NCBI GenBank assembly: GCA_003971905.1
Contig: RSEE01000076.1
Span: 186,001-250,000 of the forward strand
DNA length: 64,000 nt
From: Moniliella sp. 'wahieum'
Taxonomy: Eukaryota
Reading direction: 5' to 3'
Shown: piece by piece, positions 11,694 to 23,756 of the stretch
Layout: the number at the start of each line of letters is the position of its first letter
Numbering within the stretch: the first letter of the stretch is position 1
The notes under the pieces: generated by a model
What the model saw: the letters and a program-made list of their open reading frames with translations, nothing else
What the model was told of the DNA's origin: nothing
The model's database searches: none
Made by a program: the position numbers and the translations under genes

Positions 11694-13054
11694 ATGACTG
11701 CCACGCTCCCCGAGAAGGACAAGCCCCATGCCCAGGTCGTCGTCATCAAGCTCGGCACCTCCTCCATCCTCAACGAGGCCACCTACATGACCCGTCTCGC
11801 CACCCTCTCTGCGCTGGTGGAGGCGTGTCGCGCGCTGCGCGAAGCCGGGCACAAAGTCCTCCTCGTCTGTTCCGGCGCCATCGGCGTGGGCAAAGTACAG
11901 ATGAACATGGCTGGTCGCCCGCCCCGCTCGCTCGGGGAGAAGCAAGCGCTGGCTGCGGTTGGCCAGTGTCGGCTGATGGCCTTGTGGAGCTCGCTCTTTG
12001 GTGCGCTCAACATGACGGTGGCCCAGGTCCTGATCACCAAGAACGACTTGGCGGACCGCGTTCGCTTCCGCAACGCTCGCAACACCCTCATGACCCTCCT
12101 GCACCAACTCGACGTGATCCCAATTGTGAATGAGAACGATACGGTGTCGACGGCCGAGCTGCGCTTTGGCGATAACGATACCCTCAGTGCTGTCACCGCC
12201 AGTCTTGTCGATGCCCACTTCCTTTTCCTTCTGACCGATGTCGATGGGTTGTACACGGGCAACCCACGAACCGACCCGTCGGCACGAAAACTGGCCGTCG
12301 TACATGACTTGGCCGCGGTACGGAAACTGGTCAATGTCAAGTCCGCCGGCTCATCCTTTGGCACGGGGGGGATGGAGACCAAACTGATTGCTGCTGAGCT
12401 GGCCACTGCGGCCGGGGTAGCAACGGTGATCATCAATGGCCAACACCCAGAGAACATTGCGACAGTGGTAAAAGAAGGGGTGCCCAGTTCCTCTTCCCCC
12501 TCGCCCGCTCGTAGCGGCCCGTCAGTTTCCTTGGCAGATTCCGTTTCCTCGCTGCGAATGGAAGCAGAGGAAGCGCATGCTGAGGCGGACAATGCTGCGC
12601 GATCCCATCTGCCGCCTCACACCATCTTTGTCCCGCAAGCCGAGCCTTTGTCCTCGCGCAAATGGAGCATCCTCCATGCCCTCCACCCTGCCGGGAGCGT
12701 GGTGGTTGATCTCGGTGCATACCGCGCCATCACGAGACACGACTCGGGGGGACGTTTGCTGCCGGCTGGGGTGGTGGCTGTGGAAGGCAACTTCCAGCGG
12801 ATGCAAGCGGTTCGGATCTTGGTCCGCAAGCCCGTTTCGGAGCAGGTGCGTGGTCCGACGCCCGATGGTCCTTTGGTGCCTGGCTCCGAGGCGGCTGGGC
12901 CTGGTCCGATGAGGAGGTGGGTCGTGGGATTGTCAACTACACTTCGATGGAGTGTGTCCGGATCCGAGGCTCTAAGACGTCTGAGATCAGCAAGATCCTG
13001 GGCTATGCCGACTCGGACTACATTACGGACCAAATCGTGCTGTATGAGAGTTAG
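11694..13054 (+). CDS. PRO1: Glutamate 5-kinase with C-terminal PUA domain
   Basis: VVVIKLGTSSI, KQALAAVGQ, IPIVNENDTVS..FGDNDTLSA, FGTGGMETKL, LLPAGVVAVEGNF. The C-terminus EISKILGYADSDYI appears after frameshifts. Confidence 0.95.
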
Positions 13055-13165
13055 GCTACAACAATCTCTCCTTTGACCTTTGACTCTTCTGTTCTCTTCC
13101 TCGTTTCATTTTTACCTTGGCAAGTGGAGCAATACCATGCAGTGCGCCTCTCCCCTCGCCCTGGC

Positions 13166-14009
13166 CTACGCAAACTCTGGACGGCAAAAGTCACCGGACC
13201 ATAAGGCTGTGTGCGAGAGAGGGAAAGAAAAAAAAATCAGCAAAAGGCAAAACAAAAAGCAGAACCTACGCACCTCGGTAGTGAGCGTCTGTTGGTTGTT
13301 GAGGGGTTCTGCGCTAATACGGCCGTTCAGAGGCCCTCCTTGACGGGTTTTCCCGCCTTGAGGTCATCAAGGAGCTTGACGACTGTCTCAGGGGTCAAGT
13401 CTTCGTAAAAGTCGTCGTTGATCTGGATCATGGGCGCGTTGGAGCAAGCACCGAGGCACTCCACCTCAACCAAGGTAAACACCTTGTCTTCGGTCGTCTG
13501 ACCCGGTTGGATGCCCAAGTGCTTAACGATCGCCTCGAGGATCGCTGTGCTGCCCACGCCGCCGAGCATGCAAGGGGTGGTGGTGCAAAGCTGGAGGAAG
13601 AACTTGCCGACAGGATCGCGGTTGAACATGTGTAGAATGTGGCGACCTCGTACACGCGCATCGGGGGCATGTCGAGCAACTTGGCCACATAGTTCATGCA
13701 GCTGATGCTTGTCCACCCCCCGTTCTGGCGCTGGGCCAAGTCGAGCACGGGGATGACAGCGGCCTTCTTGTACTGGGGGGGGTAGCGGGAGATGACCTCC
13801 TGGGCCTTGGCCATGTGGGCATCGTCAAATTCAAAGGGGATGCTGGGGTTGTTGATGGGCGAGTCGCGATGGACAAAAGGTGGTCGGAACGGAGCGCTGG
13901 GCTGGTGCTGAGGGCACGCGCAGGCAAGGCACCGCCGCGGCAGACAAGCGCGGAAGGAGCGCCGCTGAGCGCAGCAAGGTGCGGGGGAAGCAAGACGCAA
14001 TGCAGGCAT
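13166..14009 (-). CDS. NDUFV2: NADH:ubiquinone oxidoreductase 24-kDa subunit (NDUFV2/NuoE homologue)
   Basis: [69 protein letters not shown] ([2Fe-2S] cysteines); short 3' intron. Confidence 0.95.
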
Positions 14010-14599
14010 GGCAGATGTGACGAGGGCAGAGGAGAGGAGACGCAAACGCCGGCAGCAGACACAACCACGACGGTGGAGCTGCCTTTGCGGTGACTTAACC
14101 TTCAGATCCACTGGGATGGGATGGAGGGCCATTTGTAATCTCAACGTCTCTTATGTCAGCACCGGCGCCTCGCGGTGGCGCCTAATGAAATTAATGAAAT
14201 TTCATGCAGCAGCCAATCTGCCCTTCCGCGTCGCGTCTGTGCAAAAATGTGCTCCTGCCCTCGCCTGGGGTTATAGTACCTCAACGGAAGACCTCGGTCC
14301 TAGGGCAGCACCGCAATGCAAGCCCATCCCACTCCCACTTCCACTTCGCATGGATGAGCAGCACCCACCCTTACGTTGGCACAAGTGAACATGCGTCCTT
14401 CATCCGTACGACGCTCCTCACTTCTTGGGGTAAACTTCTTCTCAACGCAGCAGCTGTCTAGCTATACTATACGATGCACGATGCATCAATACATGGCAAA
14501 AATGGGGTATACCATAGCGCTCCATTCCCGCCTCGAACAACAATCCAGTGAGAAGAGACAGCAGAACATGCAAACACGTACGTATAGCAGCACAGACAT

Positions 14600-15838
14600 T
14601 TAAGCCACTGTTTTCGTATCCTGAACGCTTTCAAGTCGGCTTTGGCCAGCTTGTAGGATGACTACCCCCACATCCACGGGTAACGTTAGCCGCTTTGCTC
14701 GCTCCTGTAGAGCAGCACAAGAGGGAAGAACGTACCAAGTACACGTCATTCAGACTGAGTGTCAAAATGGTATGAGGCGCATCCGGAAAAAGTGAGCTGC
14801 TGCCCTTGTAGTACCCACGGAACCCTTCGGCTTTGGCAATCTTGCTCAACGCGTCGATCGGGCCACTGTACAGTGACCCGACCCGCCTACCAGTGGAGGA
14901 TCAACGTGGGTGGGTGGGGTGACCCGAGTCAAAACTACATCCATAGGCTGCATCACACGAGCACCACAGCGCCTGCGAAAGCAGAGCAAGTCAGTAGCGT
15001 AAGGAACGGGTGCTTGTCCCGGCCAACAGGGTGAGGGTTTACGGGTTCGAGTGAGGGTCAAGAGCAGCGATATGGGTTTTGGCCCAGTGATACGACGGAA
15101 GCTGCACTGTACTTCCCGAGCGGTGCGAAGGATGTTGGACGTAACACCCCGAGCCAAACCCGAAAATCCATCCAGACGGACAATCGTCCGGAGCCGTCCC
15201 ATCCATTCTTGTAGTGCCGTTTCTGCTTGCCAATATCATACACGGGGGAGTAAGCCTGCATACGCGCCTTGACCAAGTAAAAGGGTGACCTGTGCGCCAA
15301 ACGCACCGGACGCCGCACCGGCCAGCAGGGCCGTCGAGGCATACTTTCTTCCCGTGGAAGACCAAAGAGAGAGTTGAACGTTTGCCTCAGCGGTTCGTAC
15401 GTGCCCAAGCGTGCCCCGTTCATGGCGACTTGGTAGACCGCCGCTACACACCAGACCACGTTGCAGTCCACGCACACCTTCACCGCGGTACGTCTTTCGA
15501 AGGCAGTCGACAAAGTTATGAAGAGCTTGGAGACCGGCTTGCCATCCGTCGTAGTCGCCTTTTGCAGCTCACCTTGCAACTGCATCCGAGTCTTGGCCAC
15601 CTCTGTCAAGAAAGAAGGTTAGCCTAATAGGCCGAATCAAGAATGGTGCGACGCGGGTGGAGTTGCAGGGCTTACCCATCGGGTTTGTCGCCAGCACCGC
15701 CGTCACAGCCGCAGCCGAGCCCACAGCAAAGCCTTCGGCTGTGGTGAGCGGCTCCTTGTCGCCAGGAATCTTCCGGACAGGGTTGGCGTCCGGCCGCAGC
15801 TCGTGGTAGACGGCGTCGGTAGAGGAGCTGATGGGCAT
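14600..15838 (-). CDS. OAC1: Mitochondrial oxaloacetate/sulfate carrier (MCF)
   Basis: TNPM|EVAKTRMQLQGEL, YQVAMNGARLGTYEP, SPFYLVKARMQAYSP, GSTVQLPSY, MQPMDVVLTR, PHTILTL. 3' end uncertain. Confidence 0.88.
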
Positions 15839-17160
15839 GTCTGGACAGGAGTCGTGGCAGCGCTGTGTGAAAGCTCTGATGGGATGGGTAAGAAGAAGGT
15901 GCAGTTCAAGGTCAAAGAGAGGGGCGTTTCTTATTTCTTCCCTTGTTCGTCGAATGTCATGCGTGCACTACTATACCTTGGTCTGGTTCTCACGGTTCAG
16001 CTCAGCTATGTTGATGTTTGTACGGCAGAGGCGCATGCCTGCCCTGCCTGCCAGCGCCCCGCCGGAGCATCCCGGGCGTCGGGGCTTGGGCGGCTTAGCC
16101 GGGATTAATGGAGAATGGTTGTCCGCGTGTGGCTAGGCCGGCGTGGATGTGTCTGGGCGGGATGGGGAATGGGCAACTCATGGGTTTCACAGTGGATGGA
16201 GACTCTTCGAGACCCTTCGAGACCCTCCTACATTTGATTTTTGGCGATTTAATCAGATTGCAGAACAAGCAAGCCGGCGCAACGGCACGCGCGGGCACGC
16301 CAGGGCACTGCCAACGGAGCCGCGTTTGCAGGAAGGCCACAGGACCCTTCTTGGACCCTACACCCTCCGGCCACTCCCGACACGGACCACCACGAGCACA
16401 CAGAACCGCAGTGTGCACCGGTGCCTGCGTACACTCGTCTTGAAGCCAGAGCCAAGGCCTCAGGTACTCGTTACTCAGTAGCTCAACATCACCTCCGTGT
16501 ATCAACAGCGCCATCAGGCATCAGCGCATCGGCCAGCGCTGAGCTCAGCACCTCAGTGCGCCACCAGCGCGCGTCACGCGCATCAACATGCTTGAAGCTT
16601 GACATGTGACATGCTTGACATGGGACATGTGACACCCCAACAATTACTCACCATCTCAGCACCAACAGCAGCACACTACCCAAACCGAGTGTTCTAAACG
16701 CTTTCTCCGCAATCGCAACCGCGCGCGCGGGCGCCCGAACACATTTACTGGCTCAGCGTGCGCTCAACACGTTCACAACCGTTACAAGAACAAGTTGCAT
16801 ATCACTGTGTTCCGTGTTGCACACGCTTTTTACGCTACAGCAACATCCATATCCTTGACTTTTTGCTGTGTCCTCTTCCATCCCTTCCCCCCACCCCTTC
16901 CCACCACCCTTCAAGCTTCATTCAAGATTCTTGTACCAACCAGTTACCTGTTCTCGGGACCAACAAGAGCCAACCTACCTGCCAAAAGAGACGCGCGAAG
17001 CGGGTACGTGTTGGTCCAGGATGGGCCTGGGGAGCAAGGCAGTGGGGGATAGGTTAGCCATCAGGAGATGGGCATGTTCAAGTGGCATGCGCATACAAGC
17101 ACCGAGCCTAAACGTTTTCCACTGCCGACCAAAGTCGCGGCCATGGGCAGCACTCTGTAC

Positions 17161-18430
17161 TTATGGCTCTGTGTACTCTGGGTTGGACACCCAACCCAAG
17201 TCCAGCCAGCAGCTAAACGAGCCAACAAGGGACAAGAAGAAACAACAACAACAAAACCTGATTTTGGGAAACCTACTGAGCCCCACCAAGATCGATCGAC
17301 CAATCAAGGCCGAGTATGGGGAGGGCATAGATCTTGAGTGTGGTGTCCCAACCAAACAGGGCAGGGTCTCAGGAAAATGCTCGCCAAACCCACGCGTCAA
17401 GGTCGTCCCAGGCGAAAGGACAATGTTGGTTTACAAGTCCCGTCGCAAGTCCAGGTTGACACGGAACACTCTGTCGTACACCGCCTGGTGAACAATAACT
17501 GGGTACTGGAGCCCGACTAGGTCCGGGTTGAACAGGATCTCCAGCTCACGGAAAAGGGTTCGGGCCCGAGCCACGCAACAGGTACCGTGACCGGGTACCG
17601 GGTACCCGGTAGCGCTCAGCGTCATCCCTCGCCCCACCCCACTCCTCTCCCCGTCCCTCAGGGGGAAGGATACCATGCACCTTGGCGCTGTTTCCATCTG
17701 GGAGTTTGAATTCTTGGGTTTCGTGCGAAGTGCCAACATTGGTTTCTGCCTTGGCCTGGTTGAAGGGGGCTTAACCGCACTGTTCTTCTTTGATTGTCGC
17801 ATCACATCTTTATCTGCCAAGAGGTGCGGAGGCTCTTGATCCGTACCCTGTGGAGTCTTGCATCGGCACCTGCTCCACCACATCCCTCCTGGCCACGTCG
17901 ATCCTGCGCATAGCGTGGGGCATCGAGAACTAAGCCGGTAGTGGGACCTGTCGAGAGTAGAGGGTCAAGATGGCTTGGATGGAGGTAAAGACCACAAGTA
18001 CGTTGACCGTTTGGAAAGGCACTTGGGCTGCAACCTCGCAGGTTTGGCGTGGGTTGAGTGATGAGTACTGAGTCACAGTACTGAGCGGAGCCTGGGTGAG
18101 CAACACGGTATATGCCTCCGACAAACCGTCTTCAGTTCCTCGTCGTCAATGTGGGTCAAAATGTTTCCATGTCTTCCCAGTCGGTCATCAAACGTCATGT
18201 TCCATTGGGTAGCGGACCTGGTGCAGCCCGCGCAACTCTTCTGCCCGACAACCAACGAACATGTATCGCCCCTCTATGCCGCCCACCATGACGCGCGGGT
18301 ACTTGGGTCGGCCCACAAACTAAAGAAGGGAAGAAACAGTTGGGCTGCTCCTAGCCAGCAAAAAACCACTCTTAATGGTGCCTGCTCCATTGTCGATGAC
18401 GACACGACGGCTGGTTGGTGGGCAGTGGCG
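17161..18430 (-). pseudogene. ARP1: Decayed, intron-retaining ARP1 (centractin/actin-related) pseudogene
   Basis: Collinear fragments VVIDNGAGTIKSGF; VLLTQAPL[insert]NPR..QTVNV..FTSIQAILTLYS; EFKLPDGN; LEILFNPDLVGLQYP..VNLDLRRDL*TNIVLS.GTTLTRGFGE; KIYA; YSALIGRSILVGLS; WVSNPEY. It has an in-frame stop, many radical substitutions and insertions, unlike the indel-only damage in neighbouring genes. Confidence 0.8.
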
Positions 18431-19349
18431 TCGGCAAAGTTGCCGGGTGTGCTCAGGGATGGGTGCTGTTGTTGGGGGAGGAGCGGCACAGGAGCAGCAA
18501 GCACTCCGGTGGATGCACACCTGTCTCCCCTAGGCTGGTAGGCTCAGTGGGACGTAAGAGGGCGGTACGCCTCACGGCTTTAAGCTTTATGGGCCTTGAG
18601 CCTAAGCCTTGGGCCGTAGGCCTTGTGAAGCTAGCAGGGGTGGCATTGGTGCTACGCTGTCTCCCACTCCGCCTGTAAATTCCGCCGGCACGAAGTGCAA
18701 TTAATACAGCTCCTGCAGCCATGTCGATGACTGATGAACAGCTTCATCGACTTCATCGTTGGACTTCAACTTCATCCAAGTTGATAACCGGATGAACTCT
18801 AAGAACAGTGAATCGATGAACGTGGAACTTCAACTTGAACGTTGAACCGATCAGATGATCGATAACTTCATCGTTGACTCAATAAACTTCATCGGGTTCA
18901 ACTCACCGCGTGTCTTCGTCCACATGGTACACGTTGAACGTTGAACTTCAACGTTGAATTGAGGGCGAAGAGGCTGAAGCCCGCAACCACGTTTATGGGC
19001 AGCACCAGGCAGCGAAACTCTATAAGCAACAAACAACTTACCCGGGGGAGAAAAAGAGGGAGGGCTAGGGAAAATGGTTCGTTGGATAGGAGACGGGGCC
19101 CGAAGATGAGACCGTTGCACAAAAGACAAGAAGACTGGGATGGAACTCAACCAATAGGCAAAAGTGTATCGCATCAAGGATGCCAACCAACTGCTTGCAA
19201 CAGCTCTGGACCCTCAATGGAGGATGGGAGGAAATGAGTAGAAAGGTGGAGGAAAAGAGTAAAGGGGATGGTTGGTTCCGGGACCAAGCTGCCTCTGCCG
19301 AGGTTGCTCAGTCAGGGAGCTTTGGGCAAAGTGCTCAGCGGCTCGGCCT

Positions 19350-20533
19350 TCAGGGGTCCCGCACGTAGTTGCCAGGGAAGATGCCCTGAACCCCATTCAC
19401 CACTCCGGTCCACCAATCGTCTGCCGAGCCCGTACGCTGCACCACCTCGATCCGATCGCCCGCGGCAAACGTAAGGTCACCATCAGCCTGGGCCGTGTAA
19501 TCGTACAGCGCAATGACATATTCCGGTGCAGATTCCATCCCCGGTTTCTTTCCCGGGATGGGGGGAGGCGGCTTTTTTGCCGAGGGTGCTGCTGCGTCCA
19601 ATAGCAGCTCCACCACCCTTACTCGGCGCATTGGCTGCCATACCGTGACCGCTGCCGCCGCGGGCCGTCGGTCCAAGCGACCGCCCATTCTGGCTCAGCA
19701 CGCGGACGGACGATGTAGCCGGCTTGCGGATGGACAGGTTTTCCAGCTGCTCTGTCACATCCCCCATCGCCGCCTGGTAATCGGACTCGATCTGGCCATG
19801 GGCCATTGAGTTCGTATCTGCCCTGCGCAAAGGCTTGGATGCGGTCAAGAGTGAGGTAGAGCACGTTGAGTTGCATGTAGTAAAAGGAGTGGAAGAGGGG
19901 CTTGACAAAGGTAGCGGCCAGTTCAAAGAACTGGGGCATCTCCTCCTTGAGGGTATTGTTAAAGTACTCGTAGTCTGCCATGGACGTTTCATACTCCTGC
20001 TCGACTTTGAACAAGTTTTGTTCATCCTTGAGCGACTTTTCCTTTTTGTTCTTGAGCTTCTCATAGCTGTTCTTGTGGCGGTCGTAATCCACAGCTTATG
20101 GTCGCGCTTCGTGATGTTCTTCCGGATGGCCAGGGCCACAGTGGAAGTCCTTGAGCGGTCCAACAATGCGGTTCTCAATGAGCTCAATCTCGGGGGTAAG
20201 CGTGTCGCGCAGACTGGCGAGCATGGCGTCGTACTCAGGGAGACTGGCAAGGGTGTGAGCGGCCTCGGGGTGGTGGTGCAGCAGGTCGCCCTCGGATCCA
20301 ATGGGGGAAAGAGGGCTTGGAACGTAGTGCCGAACGCGGCGCCAGACACGAGCATGTTCTGCACGCTGTTGCGGTACTCAACAGCATCCTTCTGGAGCTT
20401 CTCGGCCGTCTTCTCAAAGGTGCCGAAGCGGCGGGCAAGCTCGTCGAACTGGGCATCGGTGCTCTGTGGGACATGCCGACCTTGGAGGTCACATGTGGGG
20501 TGCGCGGCTGAATGCCTTGGAGATACCACGCAT
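19350..20533 (-). CDS. RVS167: BAR-SH3 amphiphysin Rvs167
   Basis: Start MRGISKAFSRAPHM; BAR region IRKNITKRDHKL.DYDRHKNSYEKL..EQNLFKVEQ; SH3 YVIALYDYTAQADGDLTF..WWTGVVNGVQGIFPGNYV. Confidence 0.92.
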
Positions 20534-21833
20534 GGTGGCTGGCAGGGGGGGGGGGGGGGAGGGGGCGCTGGTGTGGGTGGAGGAGCAGGGGTGCGCTCGG
20601 CGGCCTGCCGATGTGTGTGGCCGATGCGTGGCACATCAAGCTGAAGTCTGGGCGTGACCGGTGACGGGGAGCGCTCAGGCTGAGCACGGCTGGCTCAGGA
20701 GCTGACGTCAGCCAGGGCAGTTTGGCGGACCTAGATCCCAATAACCCCTTTCGGCCTCAGGCGTGCCAAGGTTTTTAGGAACGGCGAGGGTTGAAGTCCA
20801 ACATTCAAACGTTCAGCGTTGAAGTTCAACTTGAACATCCAACGCACATCCCGCATCGTCCATCGCAGATCGTAATCTCCCGCGCTGACGTACGCGCATC
20901 GATGTGCTTTCACTGTTTCAATGCTCCTGCTTCGGCCGCGATTGACGAGCTCAGGCACCAAAGTGCTGGGAGAAGTTGCGATGGCGAGCGTCGCCCGTGA
21001 CCGCGTTGTGGCCATACACGGAGCTTTGCAATGCGAATCTCCTTCCAAGGAAGGCTCAGAGAAGAGCATAGCCGGTGTAGGTGGCTGCCCCGCAACGGCT
21101 ATTGCAGTGAGATAAAGGCCGAACGGATATTCCATCCCATCAGCAATTGTGCATTAGTATATAGCCACACAATCGTCGTCATATATATAGCACTCCTTTT
21201 TCAGCATCAGGCCCTAAGAGTAAGGAACACCAACTAGAGATCTTTTGGGGTGTGTATCTCGACAGACCATCCACTACCGCATAACAAGCAAGTGTGTGAT
21301 GCAATCGCTTGTGACATAGAAGCACAAGGTGCTATATGGATCGCGCGATAGCAATATCGTGTGTTAGTACTCCACACATACTATACGCAAACAGTCCGCG
21401 GGCCCTCATCGGCCCATCGCTTTACCACAAGAGCCGAGATGGAAAGGGTGAAAATACGAACACATCAGGTACGAATATGGAGCTTCAAGCTTCATTACTC
21501 ATTGTTGAAGCACGCGGTGCGAAGAAAAGTCCATCATGTGATGGTCGGACAAGCGCTGTGAGCGCCACACAGGGGTTGAAGCTATCATCACCACATTTAT
21601 GTTTTGTATGCAGTCCTGTTGTGCTCTACTCTGTAGTGTAGCTTAAACATGCCCCAGGAACGCTGTCACGCACTATAGATTGGGGCATGGTGTTTGTTAC
21701 CCTCGGATAGAGACATCTCTATACCGAGATTATCATTCCATATGCCTTGACTCATGCTTATAAAACGAGTTTTCTCTCTCTGTGCCACAGACTAAACCTT
21801 CCTTCTTCCCCCCCATTAACGACATTTAACGGC

Positions 21834-23756
21834 ATGCCTTTCACCGTGCGCCCTCGCCGACGCCATCGTCACCTGCGGTGGCATACGTCCCAACACCGTC
21901 TTCGACCCTCGAGCTGAACAGGTATCCGAGCTGGACGAAAATCCCAACAGGACGAAAAGTTTGAAGAGAAGGTAGAGGTCAAGCTAGCGCGGTGGATCGC
22001 TTTGCCGGCAAGGTTAAAACATTTGGCGACCTCTCCAACATTGATCCCGACGTTGCGAAGAAACTGTTCGATCAGGATGAGGTGAGAGAAGCGTTCACCT
22101 CCCGCCAACTGGCCATGATCTCCCTTGCTGGTACGTTTCACAACACCCTCATGTGATGACTTTTTGTCGTCAAGGATCGAGGATTAATGAATGACTTTTT
22201 GCTGTGATGCAGGTTCGGTGGGTACAGTGTCTTCCTTGGAGTGGGAAAAGCTTTGGCCCATGCAGGCCCCCTTTCCCTGTTCCTCGGGTACTTGATTGTG
22301 GGCGTATTTGCCTGCTCATGCTCTTTTGTCAGGCAGAGGTACGTCTCTTATACTACCCGAACCTCTCTCTTCGTATACTGCCACTGCCGATATAGAGACT
22401 GACTTATGATTTATTAATAGCTAACCACCTGGCGCCCGTGAGCGGTTACTATGTTCGACACGCAGGAATGTTTGTTCCCAAGCACTTGCTTTCTCATCTG
22501 GATGGGCCACCGTGTACGGTTCTTTCGTTGGCTTACCGGGCGAGATTTCGGCCGCGTCGGCGCTAGCGCAGTACTGGAACTCCACACTGAATCCGGCGGT
22601 GATCGTGTCCATTTTTGGTGTAGTGCTCATGGTCTCCACGCTTCTTTACACGTCTACAGCGAGACAGAGTACGCATTTTCTATCATCAAGCTTACTACTG
22701 CGATTGGGCTTGTGATCTTCTGCATATGCATCGATCTTGGTGCCGGGCCTAACGGGCACATGACTGGATTTCAATACTGGCGGAACCAGGCCCTATGGTG
22801 TCGTACCTCGCCAAAGGGTCAGCTGGCCGTTGGTATGGTCTGTGGTACACACTCACCAACGCCGCGTATAGCTACCAGGGTATGGAGACCATCTGTGCGG
22901 CCGCAGCTGAAACGAGGAACCGCGCCAAGCCTTACCACGAGCAGCCAAACGCGTCTTCATTCGTGTAGTTGCAATCTACCTCTCGCTCGTTTTGTGTTGG
23001 CCTGATTGTCCCCTCTAATGACCCGCGTCTAATCAGCTCTTTGGGTAACGCATCAGCATCTCCCTTTGTCGTGGCTGCCACCAATGCCGGGGTGAAAGGC
23101 TTGTCAAGTCTACTAAATGTGGTTTTTATCACGTCCGCCTACAGCTCCCTCTCGTCGGGCACGCTATCTGGATCCCGCTCGGTAATGGCTCTGGCCAACA
23201 TGGGGTTTGCCCCCAAGATCTTCCGCAAAACCCAGGTGGGGCGTTCCCTATGTGGCAATCCTTGTCGTCATCGCTGGGTGGCCCTTGGGGTACACAGCAG
23301 TCAGTTCAAGTGCAACCAACGTGTTTGGGTACTTCCAAAGCTTGACTGCATCCTTGGCACTGTACCAGTGGTTCGTCACATGCTTGATTTTTCTCCGAGT
23401 ATACTATGCCATGCGAGCACAAGGGATTCCCCGTTCAGCGCTCCCGTGGCAGGCGTGGGGGCAGCCGTATTTGGGATGGATTGGATTGGCTGGCTCCTTT
23501 TTCTGTCTTATCACGGGCGGGTTTCCCTTCTTCATCCCCGGTAACCAAGAGCCACAGACGTTCATTTCGGCCTACTGTGCTCCCATCATCAATGTTTTCC
23601 TTCTGCTAGGATACAAGTTTTACACTGGCACCTCTCTGGATCCCACTCAAGGATGTCCCAATCCAACCATGGCTCACACGCAGTACCGTCAAAACCCGGA
23701 GCCAGAAGAACCCAAGCCCAAGGGGTGGATTCATCATCAGTTGGATTTGGTTCTAG
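21834..23756 (+). CDS. Amino-acid permease (APC/YAT family, proline-permease-like)
   Basis: RQLAMISLAG|SVGTVSSL; PGEISAASALAQYW; ETEYAFSIIK; GFQYW; YSYQGME; VGLIVPSNDPRL..ASASPFVVAA; APKIF; GVPYVAI; WGQPYLGW. Contains introns. Confidence 0.88.

Noticed and set aside
11484..12592. Long antisense ORFs over PRO1, and similarly over the GMC, GAD, RVS167 and RPL8 genes
   Set aside because: Expected shadows of GC-rich codon usage; no independent protein motifs.
22150..22212. Possible intronic C/D snoRNA (GTGATGA) in the permease intron
   Set aside because: No CTGA D box or terminal stem, and the intron is too short.
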